Part shown: piece by piece, positions 26,101-36,656 of the stretch
How positions within the stretch are numbered: position 1 is the first letter of the stretch
Layout: each line of letters starts with the position of its first letter
Assembly: GCA_002104905.1 (NCBI GenBank)
Contig: MCFE01000011.1
Span: 1-64,000, forward strand
Source: Basidiobolus meristosporus CBS 931.73
Lineage: Eukaryota > Fungi > Basidiobolomycota
Length of the DNA stretch: 64,000 nucleotides
Direction: 5' to 3'
Notes under the pieces: model-generated
Seen by the model: only the letters and a program-made list of their open reading frames with translations
Database searches by the model: none
What the model was told of the DNA's origin: nothing
Position numbers and translations under genes: made by a program

Positions 26101-29089
26101 CTGTCGAAGTGATTTGTCTCGATGAAGTCAACCTCTCGACTCAGATGGATAGTAATCCTCCCGTTACCATTTCTCCGAGCAGTTTGGCATACGTTCTCTA
26201 CACCTCAGGAACCACAGGTGTACCGAAGGGTGTTATGATCGAACATCATAGTGTTGTTCAATTCTTTGCCTCTACTCACCGACTCTTACCATGGGAGTCT
26301 GACTCTAGATTCTTACAAAACGCGAGCTATTACTTTGACGTCTCGATATTCGAGATGTTCTTCACTTGGAGTGTTGGAATAACTATCATATCATCCACCA
26401 ACGATAATTTGCTAAGCAATTTAGAGCTGGTGATCAATTCATCAAGAATCACCCATGTTGCCATGACTCCAACAGTGGCATCAATGTTCCATCGCAGCAA
26501 CGTACCAACTGTTAAATACTTAGTTGCTGGTGGAGAGATGTTGACACAGCAAGTTATTGAAGAATGGGGCGACGGTTGCTCTCTGTTCAACGCCTATGGG
26601 CCGACAGAGATCACTATTGGATGCAGTCTGCTATGTAACATGGATAAGACCATGAAGCCCAGTAATATTGGAAGTATATTACATACTTGCTCATGCTACG
26701 TCGTATCTCCTAAGTCGCAAGTGCTTCCTCGTGGCAGTGTAGGAGAGCTTTGCATTGGTGGCCCCCAGGTTGCTCGTGGATATCTGAAACGCCAAGATCT
26801 TACGTCACAGAAGTTTATTGCAATCCCAGGCATCAATGAGCGGATCTATCGCACTGGCGATCTTGTGCGTATGCTACAGGATGGCTCAATTGAATTCATT
26901 GGAAGAATTGACGATCAAGTGAAGCTGAACGGACTACGAATTGAACTCAGCGAAATCAGTACAGTCATATCCAAATCGAGCGATCTCATCGAGGGCGTGG
27001 TGACCTATGTTCTCAAAAACCAATGGCAAAGTAGAGATCAACTGGTGTCGTTTATTGCATGCTCTGCTGGAAGTTCTTCAGAGTCATTGGCATTACTAAG
27101 CGAGGAATCAGATGTCGCTATTGCTAAGACCATAGTCAAGCTAGCGCATACGGAGGCAACGAAGAAGCTACCATTATACATGGTACCTAGTTTGATTATA
27201 CCGATCAACAAACTTCCTCGTGGCAACACCAATAAGACCGATCGTAAGGTGCTGGAGCAATTATATAATAGCTTAAGCTTGGAAACGATCGAACGTATCT
27301 CTTATATGGAGGATGATGAGACGGAAGAAAGCGTTCTATCTGAAGTAGAGAGCACCATTAGAGACGTACTGGCTGAAGTCGGCGAAATCTCGCCCAACAA
27401 GATCAAGGGTACTACATCTATTTTCCATCTTGGTCTGGATTCCATTAGTGCGATCCGCGTATCTTCCAAATTACGCTCTATCGGATTAAATCTTACTGTC
27501 GCTGATATTCTTCAACAACTTACCGTCAAAAATATGGCCCGCCTGGTGAATCAAGAACAAGATAATTCGCGCACAAACTCAATTTCTGGAGCATCGAAGA
27601 AAGCTGTTCAGCACTTAAGTACTGAATTCTTTGAATCGATCCCGGCATTATTGAATATTCCTGATGCTCCTATCGAGACCGTTGCACCTTGTTCACCGGC
27701 TCAAATCTTCACAATTTCTTCGTGGCAAAATTCGAAAAAGGCAAACTTTATGTCGTACTTTGCTTTCAAGAGTTCGGAGAGACTAGATTCAACCAAGCTA
27801 CAATCCGCCTGGCTGTCATTACTTAAGCAACACAGCATTCTTAGAACTGCCTTTGTTGCTACATCTGACTTCAAGATGCCCTATGTCCAAGTAGTTTTGG
27901 AACAGCCAGTTCTTGATTGGACCGTTGACGAATTGGACAAGGAATTAGATTTGGACTTTATTAAGGATACCATCGCTAGACGAGCTTCAGTCCCTGTTCG
28001 CCTTGATCAACCTCCAGTTCATGCTCATTGCATTAGGTTCTTGAGTAGCACCGTTTTAGTAGTCGGGCTTCATCATGCCCTTTATGACGGCTGGAGTTTG
28101 CCGTTGCTATTGACTGATCTCGAGAGTGCCTATCATGACATCAATCATTCGACTAACAGTCCAGGTTTCTCTGGATTCCTAGACTATGTATTTTCGCAAG
28201 AAGAGGAATCCCAGACTAAATACTGGAAGAAATACTTGCAGGATTCCGTGCCTTTGATGTTCCCAGTAATGAATCCGAACACGCAAACGGAGTCGCGTAC
28301 GTTTGTGCTCATTTCAGATGCTTTGAACAACGTCTCTCGATATGAAGAATTATGCCGTGAGCATCAAACAACAATGCAGGCTATCTTCTTAGCTGCATGG
28401 GCAACCCTCCAATGCGATATGCTGGAGTCGGGCGATTCACTCTTTGGACTCTATCATTCGGGCCGCTCCGCCCCTGTTGACGGAATTAGCATGCTTGCTG
28501 CACCTTGTGTCAATATGCTACCTCTATATGTCAAGAATGCCAAGACAATGGGATTGGTCGAACTTTCTCTCAAAATCCAAGAGGATTTGGCTCTTCAGAC
28601 ACCTTATCAACAGGCATTTATTCACGATATTCAACGTGTTGTTGGATACCAGGGCAAACCATTACTTAACACCTACGTGAACTACCTTAAGTTCTCTGAT
28701 GAGGGCTCATTAACTGGGATGTTTGATGTCCTTGATGTAAGTTGATCCATTTATGTTTATAAGCCACCACAGGTACTAATTGTGCTATGTTAGCTCCTTT
28801 CTTCAAGTAACCAGATCAAGGCGATTCAACAAGCAGCTCATTTGAATGATAATGACATATCACTGAATCCAGCAGCCTCCTCGATTAAGGTACAGATCCT
28901 TCAGCACATATTTCTATGATTCATTCTAACAATTTTTGTCTATAGAGTGACCTTGATATCGAAATCTCAGTCAGAGGAGATCAGGCATGGGTAGGCATCT
29001 TCTGTCAACCTAATATTCTGTCAGAAGCCCAAGCAACGGATATGATCCATAAGCTTTGCAACATTGTGCGTGACGCTTTTCCCCTCTGA
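8123..29089 (+). CDS. Hexamodular nonribosomal peptide synthetase, ferrichrome-type siderophore synthetase family (SidC/Nps2/Sib1-like); partial C-(A-T-C)x6; about 6,834 aa, 9 exons
   Basis: Exons 8123-8593, 8661-12020, 12083-15388, 15440-18712, 18770-22069, 22126-25428, 25485-28736, 28794-28889, 28946-29089. All are joined by phase-0 GT..AG introns with CTAAC/CTAAT-like branch sites, and the frame is preserved. Six A domains ((Y/F)TSG(S/T)TGxPKG, N(A/S)YGPTE, Y(R/K)(S/T)GD, A10 Lys), six T domains (LG(I/L)DS) and six C domains (HH(A/S)(L/I)YDGW). C-terminus IKSDLDIEISVRGDQAWVGIF...FPL*, no TE or R domain. Confidence 0.93.
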
Positions 29090-30181
29090 TCATCATTAGA
29101 CTGTGTCCAGAGATCGTATAGGACCATCCTCATGTATCAAGCAATTTAAATAAAAACAGTTCAAACACAGATCGTGAGCTTGAATTATTTGTGCCCCTTG
29201 GTGGTTTTAGGGGAAAACCCCGATTGATTGTAGATCAATTTGAAAATTGGCCTTCAATAACCCGAAATATATAAAGCCACTCACGCCCGTTACTACTAAT
29301 GGCACCTACCCGCAAATCGGCAATGTGACTACTTGCATATACGTAAATAAAAACGAAATTTGAGTAAATTTTGAACTTTCAGAGAAATCGTTAGGGCCGA
29401 ACCTGAATAGTTCCATCTATATTTACATCATCATCCTTTGCAGATAAGCTTAATAGTGAGTATACTTCGGAGTAAGCTAATTGACATCACTAATTTATGC
29501 ATAAATGTTTGTAATTTCTAGAACCAGATCAAAAAACTGATGATCTTTGAAACTGGCTGACAATGTGAGTGTACGTTACCTCTGATGAACTAATCACAGG
29601 GCCTAATAACTGACTAATCGCAACGAATCATTACAATTTGCGAAGACGCGAATTTCCCATTGAATGAAATAATGATGACAATGGCCGCTTCAATGCATTG
29701 GCTGTCGATCTCCATTGCCTCTTCCATGACTTTGCTAATGCCTTATATTGATGCGTCGTTCCGCAAACGATGTGTCTCTAGTAATTAATATTCCAACGCC
29801 GTTGCTGGCGGGAATAGATTCCCAATGTCCCCGATTGGCTATAGACCTCGTCACTGATGATTAACCACTAATTATGAGGTGTCAGAGTTTTCATGGGTTT
29901 ATCAGTGCATAGCATCATATATGCTGCGAATTCATTGCATAGTAATTTCTTCAACTTGATGAGTTTGAAATTTTGTTTGTTTTGGTTTAGCATAACCGGT
30001 CTGGGACCGAAATCATCGACAAGCAGCATGCTACGAGCACTATCCTTGAAACCCCAATGATATATATGACACGTAAGTTGTGTTGAAAGAAAAGTCATCA
30101 GTATTGCGGTGCCATGAAGCCTTATTTAAGTTCAAAAATAATCACACATTCTACCAGCTCACTTTTACTCTGCTTCCTACT

Positions 30182-31324
30182 ATGAAATCATTCCTGAATA
30201 TATCGATTGTGGTGTCAGCTCTGGCTTCCGTTACCCAGAGTATCCCCCTCAGCTCCGGAATGCTACAGCAATCACTTTTCCAACCCCTACAGTGGACGTT
30301 CGATTCTATCTTTGACGAGCCGCCGAAAGGCAAAAAATCCATATTAGATACCATTGTCTGGGACCCTCAATTCAAACGCTTGGCAGACATCGTTCTTAAT
30401 GATGATGGACTCAAGAAGATCCTAGAAAATCCCGATGCGCAACTTACTCTATTCGCACCCATAAACGAGGCCTTTATTCATTACGATGACCACCCTCATG
30501 GCAAAGAGCCTAGCAAGGAAGATATTTACAATTGGATCGTTTACCACACCTTGCCTGACGCGCTGAGCTCCAAAAAAATCGCAAAGTCCCATGTGCTTGG
30601 TACTCAACTCAATTCGCCGGAGTTGAATGACCAACCAACCCCTGTGCGAATTGGACATTGGAAAGGCGATACTTATATTAACTTTTCCAAAGTGACAAAG
30701 GCAGATATCCATGCGACCAATGGTGTGGTTCATGCCATCAATCATGTTCTTATTCCTCCACCTTCAATCTTCGACGGCCTTCATTTGATCCCTACTGGAT
30801 TTAGTACACTTACATCTGCCATCCATGTTAGTGGTTATGGAGGCGATTTCGAGGGCTTCAAAGGAGTAACGGTGTTTGCACCCACCAACAGAGCTTTCCG
30901 TAAGTTGGGCTACAAAAATCTTGCCGAACTATTCGCACCCGACAATCGTGATACTTTAAGGAAGCTTGTGGAGTATCACGTATCATCCGAGCTAGTTTAT
31001 ACTAACGAGATATTCAAAAATCGCGGAAACCATGCAGCGCTAAGAATTCCTACCAACCTTGGAGATGGGTATGAGTTGGACATCAAAGGCGAATCTGCCA
31101 AAGGCGGCCAATACAAAATCACTGTCAACAACGCACGTGTACTGGTCTATGACGGAATAGCCAAGAACGGTGTTGTTCATGTAGTTGATACTGTTCTTGT
31201 CCCACCTCATCATGATGAAAATGTTAGACGCTTATTAACCGAAGTTGAAGACGAAAGCTTATGGGCTGATGAGCAAACTGTCAATGACCATTTCAACTCT
31301 CTTCCTAAGAATTGGTATATGTAG
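30182..31324 (+). CDS. Secreted fasciclin (FAS1) domain protein, two FAS1 repeats, 380 aa
   Basis: Signal-peptide-like MKSFLNISIVVSALASVTQS; FAS1 motifs TLFAPINEAF...ATNGVVHAINHVLIPP and TVFAPTNRAF...AKNGVVHVVDTVLVPP; single exon, ATG at 30182. Confidence 0.9.
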   Translation: MKSFLNISIVVSALASVTQSIPLSSGMLQQSLFQPLQWTFDSIFDEPPKGKKSILDTIVWDPQFKRLADIVLNDDGLKKILENPDAQLTLFAPINEAFIHYDDHPHGKEPSKEDIYNWIVYHTLPDALSSKKIAKSHVLGTQLNSPELNDQPTPVRIGHWKGDTYINFSKVTKADIHATNGVVHAINHVLIPPPSIFDGLHLIPTGFSTLTSAIHVSGYGGDFEGFKGVTVFAPTNRAFRKLGYKNLAELFAPDNRDTLRKLVEYHVSSELVYTNEIFKNRGNHAALRIPTNLGDGYELDIKGESAKGGQYKITVNNARVLVYDGIAKNGVVHVVDTVLVPPHHDENVRRLLTEVEDESLWADEQTVNDHFNSLPKNWYM

Positions 31325-31601
31325 TGTCGTTTTCCGTATCATTTGCCAAACAAGCCCCCCCCAATTGCTTGGATGATTACTCCTATTATCTTTTCCCGCA
31401 ACATACATTCTACAATAAAATGGTCTTGTCTGATTTCAACTTAACATGAACTTCAATTACCCATCTTCATATTAGCCAAAAGGCACATTAATCACTTCAG
31501 TATTAGAAAAGGAAATATACAATTATAGACGCATAGTTTAACGTCAAAGTTTTATTTCTGATTCAACCTGTTCATAAGTAAGCATGACGAATATGAGGAA
31601 C

Positions 31602-32004
31602 TCATGCAAAAGTAGTGCCACCGAAACCAGTATTCTGGCGCTCGATGTCAGCAAAGTAGGTGTACATTCTTGAAGCGTTGATTCCAAAGCTTTCCTCCAT
31701 CAATGCTGATAAATCCTTGGTGATGGCCTTGTTTTCTTTTAATCCCAACCCGCCAATCGAATAGAGACGTACGAAGGCAGCTGGCTCAGTAGACCCACCA
31801 AACGAAATCGCGACATTACTTTGAAGTACAATTTCTACGTACTATTCATACTGGATTATTTTGGAGTTTCAATAGAACTAACAAATGACCGGTACTTACC
31901 GACTCTGGTTTATTCAATAGCTTGGCAACCAATGAACTGGCTTTTTTTAGGAAAGCTTCTTCATCCACAGCTGGTACGTTGGTCTTTACTTCAAGAATAG
32001 GCAT
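31602..32004 (-). CDS. MIF / D-dopachrome tautomerase family protein, 114 aa, 2 exons
   Basis: Exons 32004-31900 and 31841-31602 (intron GTAAGT..TAG). MPILEVKTNV...LLNKPES|YVEIVLQSNVAISFGGSTEPAAFVRLYSIGGLG...RMYTYFADIERQNTGFGGTTFA*. Missed by the ORF track. Confidence 0.9.
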
Positions 32005-35000
32005 TTCGATGTGCTTTACGTTGTTGGTAACCCTAAGGCCACCAATATTTATATCAAATCCTCAATTGGAATTTCTGATGACGTATTACGTTTACCGAAG
32101 ATCTTGGAACCTCGCGCTGTATCAAGCGTATGATCAGATTGGAATACACGTCACACATTAGGCTGGCTTAGTAAACTCTTACCAGTCAAATTTCAGTATT
32201 AATCAGATATCTACCGAACGATGGTTAGAGATTGTTGAAGCTAACACTGCTTGTATGATGCAATGGTGGTCAGTCTAGACCGATCTCCATGCAGCAATAC
32301 CAGGTTTGTTTATTGCTGGTCCTGATCAAAGAGTAATTTAATAATCCTATGATCACTGTAGAGAATGAATATGGATAGTTTTGTTTCCAGTGTGATGGAA
32401 AGCTTCTCCAGAAATGTAGATGGATAAATTGATTTCTTCCAATAACCTTCACCAAGGTATACCAACTTATTTGGTCGCTTTCACTAGGCCCATGGCCTGT
32501 AGAACATGATAGCTTGCTTTTGGTAGTCACCACCTACTTTTCATAACAACAGTAAATCTATCTTGACATCTGGCAAGTACAAGTGCTACTAAGCCAAACC
32601 AAAAGCATGGAGAACTTTCGAAATCAACTAGCACAATGTTTACACGTTGGAATATCTGAATACAAAGAATGAAACAAACCTTGGGCAAAGGTCCATCAAC
32701 TGCATGCAGGATTCTTCTAAAGTTAATTCCAGCTTTTTCCGGTCAGATGGCTTGAGACACCTTGGGCTCACCATTCAACACCTAACTTATCCTATTAGCC
32801 TAGCGTCATAACAATATGCGCGCTCATGGTATTTTTATAGGAACGATGGATATAAACTGGATCAAAAAGAACTTCACTATTTCAAACATTGGACTCTCTG
32901 AAAGCTGTACCCTATGTTGTACACATTGATCTTGTCTTTGTGGGTTACCCATACTTTGGCAGCTATCCTTGCAAGTCCGAACAGTTGAAATCAAGTCCAC
33001 TTCTTACCTATATCTGTTATTGATTATATTGCTCACAAATACATACAACATAAGGGTGCATGGATACTAGCATGGCAGTAACTTAAGATTCAATACCAAA
33101 TTTCTGGTTCATCTATTTTACAAATGATCTGATCGCGCAGATTTACTATATCAGGCATTAGGATAGTGTGAACAGTGGTGGGATTTTCCAGTGGCTTCAC
33201 AGCACTCTTGATGCTGTTCGGATTAATACAAGCTGTGATCCGGTAGTTACCGTTTATCTTTAAGCCTCATACAGTAAGTTGAGCACGGTGAATGCAACCA
33301 TGATGTTACCATCATTTTCACACTATCCAAATATGGGAGGGCCTTGAAATCATTTGATTATTTCAATCAATGGAAATGCGATTATCGATATTGTCCGGTG
33401 CTATGCTCCGGTTCAAAAGCCCACCATGACGCGTCAGCATTACGCTAGTATAGCCTACCGTTTATCAGCCAAGTATGTTTGAATGTAAATTCTACTTCCC
33501 AATGCTTCAGCACCAAAAGTCCTCAGAAACCTCGTAATCCCGGGCGATTTGAGACCAGGTTGAGCCGTGGTAACCAAATACCGTCTAGTCTGCTTGCCGG
33601 ACAATCACAAGAACACTCATGTATACATATATATACTTAGCCTGGGTAAATCGCAACCAATTCCTGTACGCTATAACTGATCTCTGGACATGTGTTTCAT
33701 TGGGGATCTTATACACGGAGAATTGAGGGGCATTTATTAGGTTAATCAAGGGCCAGGGATCCAATGGAGATATATACATATACGCTAGCTTGCATCCCAG
33801 TATTATATTTACAGGCGAAATCAGAATCATTTTTACGATCTTGTTTAGTTATAAAATCAAGCTATTCTTGTTACACACCATGCAGCCCTCAGATTGGTAG
33901 GAGGAACTCATCACATGGAGTCTTGCTTTTTCATCAAATCAGTTAATCCAGTCAGCTGATCGAAGGTTGTACTCAAGAGATTATATAACTCATCAATTGC
34001 TTTATGTTCATCGAGTAAACCAAAGGCCTCAGCGGAGAGGAATTTATGCTCAGCAGGCTTGCTTTCCTCAAACGGCTTCGGGGAGACTTTGGGACCAACC
34101 TTGGTGGGTTGGTCACAAGGCAATTCTTGTTGATAAAATGGCTTATTGTCGAATGAGTTTGTTATGGTGGGGCATGCTTTTCTCGCCTGCTTTTGATGGT
34201 TTGCAATCATCAAGGTGGAATACAATTCAGCAAAAATGTGGAAGATGGAAAAAAGTGGGTGCTGCTACGGTCGGCTGTCCTCATTTATACCATTAGTGTG
34301 CCCTGCCACCTGCGGGTAAATGTTCAGCAGGAGAGATTCTTATCAGTCTACATCAACAGGTGTTGATTTTCAGACTTCAAGTCTCGTGCCTCATATGCAT
34401 ATTTTCATACACCTTTTGATACTTCCATGTGATCATCAATGTATTACCCGATATTCCCCGCAAACTTATTGATCCTAGGGAGGTTCACGTGCGGTGATTC
34501 AATGAACAGATCTACAATACTTGCTGTAGCATCCCTGAATCAGCTTGGGACATGCTTGAGAACAGAGAAGATGCAGCACCAAGGTTCATTGTCCAGTAAG
34601 CTTCCAAAGACGGACAGAGGGTCTTGTCTGAAGATCCATGTAAGCACAGGGTCAGCACTGCAACTGTGAAGGGAGGCGATGCCATTGCATTGCAGATGTT
34701 TAGTGAGACGAGGTATATTCTCGTACGACTTTTTGGTTGGAGCTTGGTAAGAATCTTGGGGATTTCCCTGAGTTTAACCATCATTACGTCGTAGTCGGTG
34801 CTATTCCAACTCTACATCATGGTGCTCGCTTTGCGGCCAATATTATAAGAAGGCGTTACGGAGTAGCAATGACTTTCAATACCCCTTTGGATTCTCTGCC
34901 CTACCAGAGCGCTCGCCCAAGCTGGAGAGCTGGAGATATGGTAAAGATGGAGCACCATGAGGTATCACCAAATACGTCACCAATTGAACTTGTAAGGTTC

Positions 35001-36617
35001 TTACTTTGTTAGGGTCACTTCTTTTTGCAATCCCATTTCGAAAGGACTGGAGTCAACGGTCTAATGATCAACTCGTCGAGCTACTACATCCAGACTTCTA
35101 GCCTCTACTATTCGGAGTGAATGCAGGGAACGAATGGCATAAGATGCACTTATCAGCCCATATTGACCATCTGACCGTTTCTGTCCCTCGCCCCATTAAT
35201 ATTTATTTTATACAATGTCTAAGACACTAGCTCACTAGCTTCAAGTAGGTATCCCAAAAGGGATTAAAGTGATTTCATGTCGTTTCCTGCCTATTATAGC
35301 AAGTAAATCAGGTGTATTCTATATGGCACTTTGTCTATAAAAGAAATTACTCAAGGGTATGATGAGAATGTAAATCGTACTAAGAAATTCAAATTTCATA
35401 TTACTTGGGTCAATGGGAACCTGTAAGCGCTAAACTTACATACAGCTCATCCAAGCATAAACCTGTCCAATGTATCTTTGAAGAATCTAGAAGCGACGCA
35501 TTCATGGTGACCTCAAACGATTAATCGGTAAACCGATTTGCAATTGCATGCCATACGTTTATTTTTGCAATGTCGATTAGATCTGATGCTATATCGAGTG
35601 ATCCTTACAATGTATACTGGGATTCTTGGGATTAGTGAGAATGAGTACACATGAGAAAACCGGGGACAAATGACAGCTATTTACAAGTCCATTTATTACA
35701 CAAACATCAAGGTCCTTCTCAGGTAAATTCGACCCGTAGAAAACGTTCTACATGTTGAATGCGACCAATCCGTAGGAAGGATGGTCAAAAAGAACGATTG
35801 CGAATGAATGTATCCCACTCATAATTATGTTGATAATTCGCTGCACCCATGCAGGCGAGTGCTACATGACTCAAGTTATCATTAACACCACAACACCACT
35901 ATTCTCAACCATATAACCTGATTACGTCTGTGAACCCAGTCATGATTTGAAATCATCTACAGGCCCAACGGAAATGGTATGGTCGCGAAACGTATATTGG
36001 CAATGATCATCATTATTTCGGCTAATGATGGAACCCATTGTAAAAAAATCGTGCCAGTGTGTTGGAATCCTGAGAAAACGAGAAATAATCCCCCTCATTA
36101 CTAGTATTCAATTATTCAGTTTCAGTGAGTTAACTAAGCTTTTTCTTCATTGTACTCCCTACTGGATTCATTACTCGACAACCACTCCTGCCAAATATAT
36201 CAGACTTTTTTGGTAACTGTTCAAAAAGTGCATATTGGTTATTATTGTTACTATTATTATAGGAAAGCGTCTGGTTCTCGGATTTAAAGACTTGACCTTA
36301 CGATTACTAACAATGGCCATATCCATCCCGTTCATGGTAGAAGGGTAGAGCCTTAAAGTCCATGAAGACTACCTTGAATGCATTAGCCCATTACCAGAGT
36401 CAAAAATTAGTGGATAAGTATAGAGAACAATGGTATGAAGTAGCTGCAACTGAGCTACATCTATATATGCCTTCTTAAATATCAGTTCCCATGGTAAGCT
36501 TTATAAAATACGCTACCTCGAAGAGTTCAAACTATTGTAACAAAACATCCAAAAGATTTTCGAACTTCTACATGCGCAAACCTATCCGAATCACACACTC
36601 ACTCACTCACACATACA

Positions 36618-36620
<3 letters not shown>

Positions 36621-36655
<35 letters not shown>
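36621..36655. repeat. (TC)n microsatellite, about 17 units, preceded by CA/CACT-rich repeats
   Basis: Direct read of 36621-36655. Confidence 0.95.

Positions 36656-36656
<1 letters not shown>

Noticed and set aside
9242-28680. Numerous 60-150 aa antisense and alternative-frame ORFs within the NRPS and other genes
   Set aside because: Shadow ORFs of long coding sequence, with no motifs.
8123-28745. Seven adjacent ORFs read as an operon of separate mono-modular NRPS genes, or as a frameshifted pseudogene
   Set aside because: Every break coincides with a 51-67 nt GT..AG intron with a branch site, and removing it restores the frame; this is one gene.
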